A stretch of DNA of 64,000 bases from contig JBKBWQ010000001.1 in the NCBI GenBank assembly GCA_046314355.1, forward strand, positions 128,001-192,000, given 5' to 3'. This document shows, in pieces, positions 31,061 through 40,992 of the stretch. Numbering within the stretch: position 1 is the first letter of the stretch; each line of letters opens with the position of its first letter. The notes under the pieces were generated by a model. It worked only from the letters and a program-made list of their open reading frames with translations, did not search any database and was not told the origin of the DNA. The stretch comes from Candidatus Altimarinota bacterium. GTDB taxonomy: Bacteria; Patescibacteriota; Gracilibacteria; 1-14-2-50-48-13. The translations under genes and the position numbers were made by a program.

Positions 31061-31088
31061 AAAAGATCTCTGATATCAGAGATCTTTT
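31061..31088. terminator. Palindromic terminator between convergent genes
   Basis: Perfect palindrome aaaagatctctgatatcagagatctttt. Confidence 0.75.
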
Positions 31089-31103
31089 ATTAGTATGATG
31101 TTT

Positions 31104-31340
31104 TTATTTAGTGTTTTTTTCTAAATTACTAGATTTCTCTAATGATTTAGATTTTTTATTAGCGATTTCCTTTCGTAACAGAACTTGTAGTTCAGTTACA
31201 GCCTGATGATATTCGGCTACAGTTGGATGATCTTCTTCTTTGGCGGCTTCATAGATTTGTACCACTAGTGGGACCGAAAGAATTAAACCAACAATAATAA
31301 TCACTACTAAAAATTTTTTACTTTCATCTTTGTTTTTCAA
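31104..31340 (-). CDS. Small single-TM hypothetical protein
   Basis: GGAGG SD, upstream TTGACT-17-TATCTT promoter, TM helix. Confidence 0.6.
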   Translation of the reverse strand: MKNKDESKKFLVVIIIVGLILSVPLVVQIYEAAKEEDHPTVAEYHQAVTELQVLLRKEIANKKSKSLEKSSNLEKNTK

Positions 31341-31481
31341 TTTACTTCCTCCATATAATGTTTTTGTTTTATACTAAGATACTTATTCTCTAAATATGAG
31401 TCAATAAACATTGTCATAACTATCTAAAGCAGTACTATATAGTAAATTTTAAAATGGTATCTATTAATTACTCTATATATT

Positions 31482-31871
31482 TTGATAGACTTGGATCAAT
31501 TAGATGGAAAGTACTTTGATACTGAAACAAAGAAGCTTATAAATAATTGCAATGCAGCATCCTTCATTAATTCGCACCCTGAGTACACCGCATTGCTGAT
31601 TGAACAAATTCGTATATGCATTAAGAATTCCCTAAATCTTGAGCAGTCTCTCACAGAGTATCCTGGTCTTTATGAGAATCATGACCACGAGCGAGATGAA
31701 AAAAAGAAAGAGAATTCTGTATTAATAGAAGGTGCCTATGAGCTATTTAGTGGATTTCTAACTATAAATGCTCAGCTAACTGCTAATGATATGCTTATAA
31801 AAGAATTAAAAAATACACAATCGCATATATCAGATAGAATTCTTACGGAACTTGATGAGAAATCTAGATAA
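31482..31871 (+). CDS. Hypothetical protein
   Basis: 129-aa ORF followed by terminator; no recognisable motif. Confidence 0.5.
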   Translation: MIDLDQLDGKYFDTETKKLINNCNAASFINSHPEYTALLIEQIRICIKNSLNLEQSLTEYPGLYENHDHERDEKKKENSVLIEGAYELFSGFLTINAQLTANDMLIKELKNTQSHISDRILTELDEKSR

Positions 31872-31919
31872 TAGCAAAAAAAACCTAGTTGTAAGCACCT
31901 CTATTATAGATATGACAAA

Positions 31920-31945
31920 AAATACCTTTCGTATGAAAGGTATTT
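31920..31945. terminator. Intrinsic terminator
   Basis: aaatacctttc-gtat-gaaaggtattt. Confidence 0.75.
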
Positions 31946-31952
31946 AGTATTT

Positions 31953-32261
31953 TTACCGGTATTTTTCTTTTACTTTTTTAAGTTTTTCATACTCAGATTC
32001 TATCTCAGGCGATGAATTACCTGACTTACGCAACACCTCGAGCTTTCCTTCTATATCTTTTTCGATAAATGCAGAAAGTTGTTTAATGCATTCTCCACCT
32101 TGTTTAGTAACCGCTATTAGTTCTCTTTGAGATTCTTCCAGTTTTACTTCAAGGGACTTTTTTTCTATCAGTAGGGCTTCAAGTTCATTTTGCTGACTAC
32201 ATCCTAGAAGACTAAATAGACTAACAACAATTAATACAGTACTGAATTTTTGATTTTTCAT
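31953..32261 (-). CDS. Small coiled-coil lipoprotein
   Basis: MKNQKFSTVLIVVSLFSLLGC lipobox; AAGGA SD; TTGACG upstream. Confidence 0.65.
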   Translation of the reverse strand: MKNQKFSTVLIVVSLFSLLGCSQQNELEALLIEKKSLEVKLEESQRELIAVTKQGGECIKQLSAFIEKDIEGKLEVLRKSGNSSPEIESEYEKLKKVKEKYR

Positions 32262-32408
32262 TTGTTTTTCCTTCTTTGTATATATTTCACACAAAGTACT
32301 CTTTTTATATATTACGTCAATGTCTATGGTTTATACGTAGACATCATTGTATCTTATATATTTAGTACCTTATGAAGCAGCTGCAGAAATAAATGTAATT
32401 ATTATAAA

Positions 32409-32434
32409 AAAGCTGCATATTGATATGCAGCTTT
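32409..32434 (-). terminator. Intrinsic terminator
   Basis: aaagctgcatat-tg-atatgcagcttt with A-tract on plus strand, after the 467-aa ORF. Confidence 0.7.
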
Positions 32435-32449
32435 AGTGAATGTATATAA

Positions 32450-33853
32450 TTATATTAATGTTTTTATTTCTGCCATCAAGTCGCTAGTAAGAGGGGTTAG
32501 CTTCCATTCTGGGAAATGCCGTATTAAGAACTCATGTTCAGATATACTAAAGTCTCTTTCTAACGTTTTCTTCATACGTATTCCTGCATCTTCCTTTAGT
32601 AGCGGTACATTTTGAATAATAATTTTGAGTATTTCCGTTGGAACATAATCATCTGCAAGAATTCTTTTTGCAGCAAATTCACTTCCTGGAAATCCCTTTT
32701 TAACATATTTTACCATTTGATCACGTAGACGATATTTATCAGAATCACTATATTCAGTGATAAATTTTTCTATGTCATTCAGCGGCAAAATACCTAGAAT
32801 TTTCTCATCAAAAAATTTATTTTTGATACGCTCCTCATATTCTGTTCCAATGGCTTCAATCCATTCAATCCATTGAAATCGAATATCCATTGCACTATAA
32901 TACTCTTTCCCGTTTTCATAACTCTCATACCTTAACTTCAGATCTTCAAGCTGTTTTTTTGTCGCAGGATCTAAATTTAAGAAAAACTGAGTTTGTATTG
33001 GTGTGTAGAGAGCAATGAGAGCATAGTAGAGCGGATGTAATTCTAACTTATCTTTTAGAATGTACTCTGCCGAGACTGAGGCACAACCTTGAGCAATCAG
33101 CATAACAGTAGCGTATTCTTGTAAAGTAAGCGTGTAACCGCTTAAAAGCTTTGCTCCAACCTCTTCTCGAGTATTCTGATAGTCTTTAGTTCTAAAGTAA
33201 TTATTTTTTAGAAAAACTAAAAACTCATCTTTAGTTCTCGGCATTTCTTTTAATGTACTAGGTAGTACATAATCTTGCACATTCCTTTCAATGTAAAAGA
33301 TAGTCTCAAGGGATGGAAAGCCAGCAAGCAGCAGATTACATATTTTTGACCTTCTAAATGAATTTGTAGAACGGTAGATAAAGTCTGTAAATTCTGATGC
33401 AGATTTACTTGCAAGTTCCTTTTCAATTTTCTTACCTAAAGAAGGATAATTCTCTTGGCAGTCGAATAAAACATCAATAGAGATTTTGAATTCTGAGATT
33501 TTATATTCTATTGCTTCTTTCATCCGCTTCTTTGAAGAGGGATATTTCTTTTTATAAGCGAGTAATTCACTTATGCTATTGTGACTACCGGAGAGGCTGT
33601 ACTCTATTCTCTCATTAACTTGCTCTGTCAAATTGGGTATATATTCTTTCACTTTTGTGATTAGAAAAATATCCTTTCTCAATCGTAGAATATACTCAGC
33701 AACTTTTTCACTTATTACAGAAATCTCCAGTAACTCAGCAAGCTCCGAATCTGTGGGACCGGGGACACTCTTCAGTATTTTCTTCCAAAGAGTATTTATT
33801 TTCTTTGCTTTTGTTTTACTGATTTTCTGCAAAACATTTTCTTTTGTACTCAT
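32450..33853 (-). CDS. Hypothetical helical protein
   Basis: 467-aa AT-rich ORF with TTGACA promoter and AAGGAAGG SD. Confidence 0.7.
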   Translation of the reverse strand: MSTKENVLQKISKTKAKKINTLWKKILKSVPGPTDSELAELLEISVISEKVAEYILRLRKDIFLITKVKEYIPNLTEQVNERIEYSLSGSHNSISELLAYKKKYPSSKKRMKEAIEYKISEFKISIDVLFDCQENYPSLGKKIEKELASKSASEFTDFIYRSTNSFRRSKICNLLLAGFPSLETIFYIERNVQDYVLPSTLKEMPRTKDEFLVFLKNNYFRTKDYQNTREEVGAKLLSGYTLTLQEYATVMLIAQGCASVSAEYILKDKLELHPLYYALIALYTPIQTQFFLNLDPATKKQLEDLKLRYESYENGKEYYSAMDIRFQWIEWIEAIGTEYEERIKNKFFDEKILGILPLNDIEKFITEYSDSDKYRLRDQMVKYVKKGFPGSEFAAKRILADDYVPTEILKIIIQNVPLLKEDAGIRMKKTLERDFSISEHEFLIRHFPEWKLTPLTSDLMAEIKTLI

Positions 33854-34005
33854 AATTTTTTCCTTCCTTTTGATTTCAATGTTTATTTATATTTGATGTA
33901 AAATAGTCTATTTAATATATTTGTCAATTATCTACTGTACTTTCTTCCTCTTGCTATAAGACACATCCTCATTAAAGTATGAGATGAATAAACCCTACTG
34001 TCACT

Positions 34006-36039
34006 ATGCTCGGTACAAATCTCAAAGAAGTACTCAATACGACACCGTTTCACCTAAAGATGCTTTCCCAGGCAGGCATCGATACTGTTCGTGATCTTCT
34101 TTTATACTTTCCGAGAACATATGAGGATAGATCAGTCTTCCGCACACTTTCACAGATCAATATCAAGGAAGTAAATACTTTAAAAGGAAAGATAGGAAAA
34201 GTAACGAAGAGCGTGACAAAAAATAGATTTAAACTCACGAAGGCAGAATTCGTTGATAGCGATGGATTGGTAGCAGAGCTAGTGTGGTTCAATCAGCCCT
34301 TTATTGCTAAGACTCTCCCGGAAGGAGCGGATGTGATTATTTCAGGAAAAGCGAAATATGACTTTCATAAATTCAGCTTTCCTGCTCCCCATATAGAAGT
34401 ACTAAAGAATGGGATTAGTCCTGTGCATTCCGGACGTATTATCCCAGTATATTCAGAGATAGATAAACTCTCCACCGACTGGTTTAGGACCAAGATGCAG
34501 CAGGTCATCAAGTATGTTGAAGAGTTTGAAGAGTATTTGCCGGAGGAAATTATCAAAGAAAAAAATCTCATTAGCAGAAGTGTAGCTTTGAAAGAAATTC
34601 ATTTTCCTTCTACTTCTCAGCTCCTTCAGCGTGCCCGAGAACGGCTTGCCTTTGAAGAGCTCTTTTTACTTCAGCTTCGCGGACTACAGAAAAAATTTGT
34701 ATTTCAGAAAGAAGCAGGAGAAAAAGGGTATACTATTCCTATAGATCCGGAGTTTATCAAAGAATTTCTGGAAACTCTTTCTTTTCAACTCACAGATCAT
34801 CAAAAGATTGCTGCGTTTCAGATACTGCAGGATATGGAAAAACCATACCCTATGCATCGCTTGCTTGAAGGAGATGTTGGTTCTGGAAAAACTATCGTCT
34901 CAGCGCTAGTTGCTTTACATGCGATCAAGAAAGGAGGTCTGCAGGCAGCACTCATGGCGCCGACAGAAGTACTTGCTTATCAGCATTATCAGAAGCTCGC
35001 AGTACACCTTGCGAGATGGAACGTAAATACCAAATACCTAGCTGGATCAGTACCGCAAAGTCAGAAGGAAGAAATCTATCAAGGTATCGCCTCTGGAACA
35101 GTTGATTTTGTAATAGGTACTCATGCACTTATACAAAAGGAAGTACAGTTTGCAAAGCTTGGTCTCGCAATTATTGATGAGCAGCACAGGTTTGGTGTAG
35201 GACAGAGGGAGATACTCACGAGTCACGGCTTTCCACATGTACTCCATATGACGGCTACCCCGATCCCACGTACACTTGCCCTTACTATTTATGGAGATCA
35301 GGATCTATCTATTATCAATCAGATGCCTGCAGGCAGAAAACCTATACAGACCAGGATTGTACAGCCCCATCAGAAGCAGCAGATGTACACCTGGATTCAC
35401 AGTGAGATAGATAAAGGATTTCAGGCTTTTGTGATTTGTCCGCTTGTGGAGGAGTCTGACAAACTAGAAGATGTACGTGCAGCCACAGCAGAATATGCGC
35501 TCCTGCAGGAACATATTTTTCCAGATCTGAAGCTAGCATTGCTTCACGGACGGATGAAAGCGGATGAAAAGGAGAAAATAATGCAGGATTTCAAGGATAA
35601 AAAATATCATATTCTTGTTTCCACTTCTGTTATTGAAGTAGGTATCGATATTCCAAATGCTACGGTGATCGTCATTGAAGGATCAGAGAGATTCGGTCTT
35701 TCACAGCTGCATCAGTTTCGGGGACGAGTTGGACGTTCAGATATGCAGTCATACTGTTTTCTATCCACAGATAAAACCTTTGCTACTCAAATAGACCGGC
35801 TAAAGGCAATGGTCAAACATAATGATGGTTTTAAGCTTGCGGAAATTGATCTCGAACTTCGGGGACCAGGAGAAGTATATGGTATCCGTCAGAGCGGTAT
35901 TCCGGATCTTAAGATGGCAAATCTTGCTGATATTGATACGATCATGGAAGCTCGCGAGGCAGCGGAAGCGCTTCTGAAAAAAGATCTTCTGCTTGAGAAT
36001 TATCCGAGATTAAAGACTTTATTAGAAAAAAATATGTAA
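34006..36039 (+). CDS. recG: ATP-dependent DNA helicase RecG
   Basis: YFPRTYED wedge, GDVGSGKT, DEQHRFGV, LHQFRGRVGR, DLELRGPGE. Confidence 0.97.
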   Translation: MLGTNLKEVLNTTPFHLKMLSQAGIDTVRDLLLYFPRTYEDRSVFRTLSQINIKEVNTLKGKIGKVTKSVTKNRFKLTKAEFVDSDGLVAELVWFNQPFIAKTLPEGADVIISGKAKYDFHKFSFPAPHIEVLKNGISPVHSGRIIPVYSEIDKLSTDWFRTKMQQVIKYVEEFEEYLPEEIIKEKNLISRSVALKEIHFPSTSQLLQRARERLAFEELFLLQLRGLQKKFVFQKEAGEKGYTIPIDPEFIKEFLETLSFQLTDHQKIAAFQILQDMEKPYPMHRLLEGDVGSGKTIVSALVALHAIKKGGLQAALMAPTEVLAYQHYQKLAVHLARWNVNTKYLAGSVPQSQKEEIYQGIASGTVDFVIGTHALIQKEVQFAKLGLAIIDEQHRFGVGQREILTSHGFPHVLHMTATPIPRTLALTIYGDQDLSIINQMPAGRKPIQTRIVQPHQKQQMYTWIHSEIDKGFQAFVICPLVEESDKLEDVRAATAEYALLQEHIFPDLKLALLHGRMKADEKEKIMQDFKDKKYHILVSTSVIEVGIDIPNATVIVIEGSERFGLSQLHQFRGRVGRSDMQSYCFLSTDKTFATQIDRLKAMVKHNDGFKLAEIDLELRGPGEVYGIRQSGIPDLKMANLADIDTIMEAREAAEALLKKDLLLENYPRLKTLLEKNM

Positions 36040-36109
36040 GACTCTTCTAAACTACTCTTGCAGTACTGCATAAATCCGGCAAAATGAAGTGGATTAATTA
36101 ATTTTTACT

Positions 36110-36559
36110 ATGAAAAAATACGTTCTGCTAGATAAGATCCGGAGCATGTATAATGTTGGATCTTTTTTCCGTACTTGTGATGGGGCAGGGATTTCAAAGC
36201 TTATACTTACCGGATATACTGCCACTCCTCCTAGAAAAGAGATTTCCAAAACTGCTCTTCATGCAGATGAGCATATTCCATGGCAGCATTATGAAAATGC
36301 AATGGATGCAGTGCTTGAACTCAAGAAAGAGGGCTTTATTATCGTATCAGTAGAAAAAAACAATATAAGCAAAGACTTTAGAGAAACTGATCTGCATACA
36401 TATGAAAAAATCTGCTTTATCTTTGGTAATGAAGTAGAAGGTGTAGCCTCTGGAATCTTGGAGATAAGTGACCATATTATCCACCTTCCAATGTTGGGAA
36501 TAAAAGAATCTTTGAACGTTGCAGTGAGTGGTGGAGCCATTCTATATCATTACTTGTAG
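36110..36559 (+). CDS. TrmH/SpoU family RNA methyltransferase
   Basis: RSMYNVGSFFRT, FGNEVEG, ESLNVAV. Confidence 0.92.
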   Translation: MKKYVLLDKIRSMYNVGSFFRTCDGAGISKLILTGYTATPPRKEISKTALHADEHIPWQHYENAMDAVLELKKEGFIIVSVEKNNISKDFRETDLHTYEKICFIFGNEVEGVASGILEISDHIIHLPMLGIKESLNVAVSGGAILYHYL

Positions 36560-36625
36560 AAAAGTACAAAAGTCACTATACTGCATGCACTTAAATCCAT
36601 AACGATTATCTCTCTTTTTCACAAT

Positions 36626-38446
36626 ATGAATAAAAAGATTATTATTCCTCTCCTTCTTATACTTGTCGTTGCACTTTTAGGAGTGTCAGTTAGCGGATTC
36701 TTCCTCAAAAGTGGTGATGCCCTTTCCGTGAGTGAAAATGCTGCATTGCTGCTGAGAAAGACGAAGGTAGAAAAGGTGGAAGGAACCGTAGAAGTATTGC
36801 ATAATGGATCATCAAAGGAAGTATCTGAGAATCTTGAAATTAGTGAAGGAGATAGTGTAAAAGTAGCTGAAGGCGGAAAAGCAGTAATCTATTGGCAGGA
36901 TGGCTCACTCAGCCGAATCAAAGGACCTGCTGAGATTGCTGTGACACAGATGAATATAAACCAGAACCTTGATACACACGTAGATATGACAGTGCAGTCT
37001 GGTGAAGTTTGGACAAAGGTACTTGATATGGTAACCGAGGATTCAAGCTTTACAAGCCGTACAAAGACAACAGTTGCAAGCATTCGAGGTACGGAGCTAT
37101 TTCAGAAGAGTTCTGATGGCGAGGAGATTATTGCGACTTATGAGCATGGGGTAGATCTAGAGATAAATGGAGAAAAGAAAATGGTGATGGACGGAGAGGA
37201 GTTCCGGCTTGAGCATGGAAAAGAATCTCTACAGACTCGTGCCTCTGATCCTGCGTCATGGATAAGTGATGCAAAAAAAGCGGATAAAGAGTATATGGAG
37301 TCTCTCTCTGTAGAACGGATAGCTGCTATGAAAAAGCTTATGGATAAACGCACAGCTTCTTTCCCCTCTGATGAGGAATTAAATGCTCTTTTAGATTTTT
37401 CTACAGGAGAATTAAAAGAGAAGAATGAAAAAGTTCAAAATATTATTGATACACTTAGTCTTCAAATCAGGATCGCCTATGCTTCCGGAGATAAGGACGG
37501 AGCAAAGAAAAAAGCAGATCAGCTTGGTATGCTTTTAGATAGCTATATACCATCTCTTGAGATGAGTGAGCAGCGGGATGCGTTAGTCTCGGATGCACTC
37601 AACCGTATGAATGTTCAGCAAAAGATTCTATTCGCAGATCAGACACCAGATGAGCTTATAGCACTCCGAGCAAAGCTTGGTCTTGCAAAACTCACTCTCC
37701 TAGGAGATAACCCTGAAAAATCTGCGATACTCATGCAGAGGCAGCTGTTCTTTGTGCAGGATATGGTAAAAAATGGAAAAGCTGATGAGGCGAGACAATT
37801 TTTTATAAAACTTTCAGAATTTGATCGAATCAATGAGCCAGTATGGAATACGATGTCTGATTCTAGAAAAGCTATGATGCAGAAGACATCAGAACATCTT
37901 GTTAATCAAATGCCTGAGTTAAAGGATGCAGCTGCTGAATTTCAAAAGCGTGTACTGTCAGGAGAGTCAAGAAATACTAATGCAAATACAGCATTAAGCA
38001 CTACTGAACAAATTCGAGTACTGATGTCAGAGGGAAAGATTACTGAAGCAGAAAAGCTATTTGCGACGCTCACCCTCATAGAGAAAACTAATGTAAGTAA
38101 AGAATTCCCAGTACTTGGAGGCGTAACTCCAGCTGAAAAAACTAATGCCAATATCAATGCTGTTGTTAGAGATGAGAAAAAGACAACTACTACCAGTACC
38201 ACTCAAAAAACACAGGCAGCATCTTCAACAACAACAAGTACTACCACTTCTACAAATACTTCAGCACCAACTACAACGACACAGCCTAGTAGTACTACTC
38301 AGACAAATAGTACCGCTAATACGACAACGACTATAGAAAAGCCAGCACCCATTCCTGCTCCAGTAAGAACAGTAAATAAGAATGCAAATACTGCAACAAC
38401 TATAGCTCCGACACCAGTCAAAGGTGTCTATACCCCTGCAAACTAA
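36626..38446 (+). CDS. FecR-domain membrane-anchored protein with Thr-rich tail
   Basis: N-terminal TM, EGDSVKV..DGSLSRI..GEVW..ASIRGT FecR pattern. Confidence 0.7.
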   Translation: MNKKIIIPLLLILVVALLGVSVSGFFLKSGDALSVSENAALLLRKTKVEKVEGTVEVLHNGSSKEVSENLEISEGDSVKVAEGGKAVIYWQDGSLSRIKGPAEIAVTQMNINQNLDTHVDMTVQSGEVWTKVLDMVTEDSSFTSRTKTTVASIRGTELFQKSSDGEEIIATYEHGVDLEINGEKKMVMDGEEFRLEHGKESLQTRASDPASWISDAKKADKEYMESLSVERIAAMKKLMDKRTASFPSDEELNALLDFSTGELKEKNEKVQNIIDTLSLQIRIAYASGDKDGAKKKADQLGMLLDSYIPSLEMSEQRDALVSDALNRMNVQQKILFADQTPDELIALRAKLGLAKLTLLGDNPEKSAILMQRQLFFVQDMVKNGKADEARQFFIKLSEFDRINEPVWNTMSDSRKAMMQKTSEHLVNQMPELKDAAAEFQKRVLSGESRNTNANTALSTTEQIRVLMSEGKITEAEKLFATLTLIEKTNVSKEFPVLGGVTPAEKTNANINAVVRDEKKTTTTSTTQKTQAASSTTTSTTTSTNTSAPTTTTQPSSTTQTNSTANTTTTIEKPAPIPAPVRTVNKNANTATTIAPTPVKGVYTPAN

Positions 38447-38718
38447 TGCTAAAGTTTATTATTGAAACTATCTGGAAGCTGCCGAGAAACGCTATGATTT
38501 TGCTTGTGAGAGTGTACCAAAAAACACTCTCACCTGATCATGGTGTTATCTTTAAGCAGATGTATCCTTACGGCTACTGTAAATATCATCCCACATGCAG
38601 TGAGTACGGATGTCAGGCTTTTGAGAAAAAGGGATTTGTGAAAGGAATGCTGTTGACTATATGGAGGATACTGAGATGTAATCCGTTTTCAAAGGGTGGG
38701 GAGGATCCCGTGAAGTAA
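38446..38718 (+). CDS. yidD: Membrane protein insertion efficiency factor
   Basis: [33 protein letters not shown]. Confidence 0.93.
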   Translation: MLKFIIETIWKLPRNAMILLVRVYQKTLSPDHGVIFKQMYPYGYCKYHPTCSEYGCQAFEKKGFVKGMLLTIWRILRCNPFSKGGEDPVK

Positions 38719-38731
38719 TAGAGAATTCTAA

Positions 38732-38765
38732 AAAATAGTGATCTTCTACTGAAGATCACTATTTT
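38732..38765. terminator. Bidirectional intrinsic terminator
   Basis: aaaatagtgatcttc-tact-gaagatcactatttt. Confidence 0.85.
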
Positions 38766-38766
38766 C

Positions 38767-40686
38767 CTATGCAGCTATATTCTTTCCTCTTTTCTCTTCT
38801 TCTTGGCGCGCAAGTTTAATGGCTTTGATTAATTCGTGTACTTCTTGGTATCGGATGAAAGGAAGTATTTGTAGTATATAATCAAGCTGACGGTCTATCT
38901 CATAAGTCATGTGCGATACTGGAGAATGAGGATCTAGATCAAGACAGTATGTATCCTCAGAGAGTAGCTGTATCTCTCTTCCTATCCCATCATAGCCCAT
39001 GCCATAAATCTTGATGTCCTTCCAGTCTGAAGATGAATTTTTGTTTTTACCATCTCCCTTTTTCTTTTTGTGAAGTTTATTTACTATCATAAATTCACCA
39101 GGAAGCAGCTCTGTGTAGTGCTCTTTTTTGACTAAGCTTTTTAAACCGAGACAGTTTTTTCCAATATCCTCAGCAAAAGAAAGAACTTGTTTTTCGAGTG
39201 CGGGATTTGAAGAGATCTGTTCTGCACTGTAATCAAGCACGATTGCAGCTCTAGCGAGGTCAAATATTTCCTCAAAATTTCCTTTTCTTGTAACTAATTT
39301 CCGTTGGATTGAATCTGGGGTTTTAGAGCCAATAGCACGAAAATGAAATTTAAAATCGTTTCCAAAAACATCTTTTTCAGGTGTACCATGAGGTGTCCAA
39401 TGTCTATAGTTAAGTACCTTTGGGGTCTGATCAGGGTGAACAATTGTAGAGGTAAGTTCATCCAAGCTTTCATTTAAGCCTTGATCAGGGTGCTCTATTG
39501 ATTCAATGATATTTTCATTATGTACTGTATGCTGTAAATGTGTAGGGAGTTGGGATACAAGCTGCCATTTATCATTTTTATCTTTAATAGCATATTTTAC
39601 GATGTTTGTACGCTCAGATAAAGCATCAAAGTCCATCTTACGTTTTATCTCTGGAAGTTTTTTCATCTTAGGATGATTTTCGATGGCGATGAGTTCAGTA
39701 GTTAATAATGCAATTAACTGTGCGCTGTATTTATCCTGAGTATTAAATATTGGACTCTCTAAAGATGCTACGAGTTCCAGCAGGTTCATATGTCTCAACT
39801 CATTGAGGATAGTAATATTGATTGGTTTCAATATCTTACCCTCGCTATCATGAGTGATGTTATATTTCTGTTTCAATGCATTTAGGAAAGGTACAATACT
39901 ATCAAGCTGATGAATGGTTTTATCTCTCGCCTTATCCCATTTTTCCATAGCCTCTTCCATATCAACTTTGTTTTGAAGTTTCTTATGAAACAATCCTAAT
40001 CTGTTGAGCAAAGACATATTCCATTTACTCACATGTTCATTAAATACTGAGTTATATACTCTGCGGTACTCTCTTGGAAGATGGTTTTTTCTGTGTATTT
40101 CAGATCGAAATTCAGGAAAGGTAGTAATTTTACCTTCTTGTATTTCTTTCATAAGCTCTGTATTGAGAGGTGGAATTTTTTCTGAAATACCGTATTTCTT
40201 TCGTAAAACATTTGCTTGTTTTTGAGCATTTTTTATAAAGATTTCTTTTCCCTTCTCTACTATTTCCTTTGATGCAGAGAGAAGTTTCTCAGGAGTGATA
40301 GGAGTTTTCTTAGGATTTACTGCCTTCCAGAGATTCATATTATGTCTCAAAAAACCTCTATTTTTTTGAATATTACTATAGATTTTTGATCTAAAATAAT
40401 CCTGTAATTCTTCAATATTTGTGTCTGGCTCAAGAGTGTCTTTTACTTTCTCCGATATCCTTTCACTAATCTGATGTGCAAGATTTTCTACTTCATGATT
40501 TGCTACGTCGAAAGGCACCATACTAAAAGAATGCTGTATGTCTTTTTTCTCGATTCTTTTTTCTGCAAGGCTAATAATTCTCTCCTTTCCTTCTTTTATA
40601 TATTCTTTCACCACCTCCGGCATGACAGAGTGAAATATGTCTTTTGCAGAACTAATTGATGTATTGGATTGTTTTAGTGGAACCAA
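38767..40686 (-). CDS. Large protein with C-terminal RelA/SpoT-like nucleotidyltransferase domain (start may be ATG at 40623)
   Basis: FRAIGSKTPDSIQRK, IFDLARAAI, DWKDIK, REIQL, SHMTYE resemble synthetase motifs Syn1-Syn4. Confidence 0.65.
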   Translation of the reverse strand: MVPLKQSNTSISSAKDIFHSVMPEVVKEYIKEGKERIISLAEKRIEKKDIQHSFSMVPFDVANHEVENLAHQISERISEKVKDTLEPDTNIEELQDYFRSKIYSNIQKNRGFLRHNMNLWKAVNPKKTPITPEKLLSASKEIVEKGKEIFIKNAQKQANVLRKKYGISEKIPPLNTELMKEIQEGKITTFPEFRSEIHRKNHLPREYRRVYNSVFNEHVSKWNMSLLNRLGLFHKKLQNKVDMEEAMEKWDKARDKTIHQLDSIVPFLNALKQKYNITHDSEGKILKPINITILNELRHMNLLELVASLESPIFNTQDKYSAQLIALLTTELIAIENHPKMKKLPEIKRKMDFDALSERTNIVKYAIKDKNDKWQLVSQLPTHLQHTVHNENIIESIEHPDQGLNESLDELTSTIVHPDQTPKVLNYRHWTPHGTPEKDVFGNDFKFHFRAIGSKTPDSIQRKLVTRKGNFEEIFDLARAAIVLDYSAEQISSNPALEKQVLSFAEDIGKNCLGLKSLVKKEHYTELLPGEFMIVNKLHKKKKGDGKNKNSSSDWKDIKIYGMGYDGIGREIQLLSEDTYCLDLDPHSPVSHMTYEIDRQLDYILQILPFIRYQEVHELIKAIKLARQEEEKRGKNIAA

Positions 40687-40744
40687 GTATTGTCGTGTAA
40701 AAGATTACATCATATTATTGTATCAGAATTCTTCCCGCTGTACT

Positions 40745-40775
40745 AAAAAAGCCCCGGTTTCTCAGGGCTTTTTTT
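40745..40775 (-). terminator. Intrinsic terminator of putative attenuator
   Basis: Minus-strand AGCCCUG-AGAAAC-CGGGGCU-UUUUU; the U.G pair forms only on the minus strand. Confidence 0.8.
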
Positions 40776-40789
40776 ACAGGTGGTATCTT

Positions 40790-40870
40790 TTATTTCTTAC
40801 CCTGTGCAAAAGCCCCATGCGTGAGCATGTTCACAATAATGACGAGGGCTAGAGAAACCGGTAAGTTCAT
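40790..40870 (-). CDS. Putative 26-aa Leu/Val/Ile-rich leader peptide MNLPVSLALVIIVNMLTHGAFAQGKK
   Basis: ATG..TAA between a promoter and a terminator; sequence pattern like E. coli IlvL. Confidence 0.65.
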   Translation of the reverse strand: MNLPVSLALVIIVNMLTHGAFAQGKK

Positions 40871-40894
40871 AATTTCTGATAATAAAACGCCCAA

Positions 40895-40923
40895 ATATTA
40901 ATTAAGAGTATAAAAATAGTCAA
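40895..40923 (-). promoter_or_regulatory. Sigma70-type promoter of the leader transcript
   Basis: TTGACT-17bp-TAATAT on minus strand. Confidence 0.65.
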
Positions 40924-40992
40924 CGAGAGTTATTTTTTCTTGAACTTCTTTGAAAAAGGCATACTATTTAGGTGATAATATTTCAACCTCTC

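Noticed and set aside
40745-40870. ykkC/guanidine-I or ppGpp riboswitch upstream of the RelA-like gene
   Set aside because: Only AAAAGCCC and UUUCUCUAG fragments resemble it; the CUAGGGUUCCG core is missing and the leader-peptide model fits better
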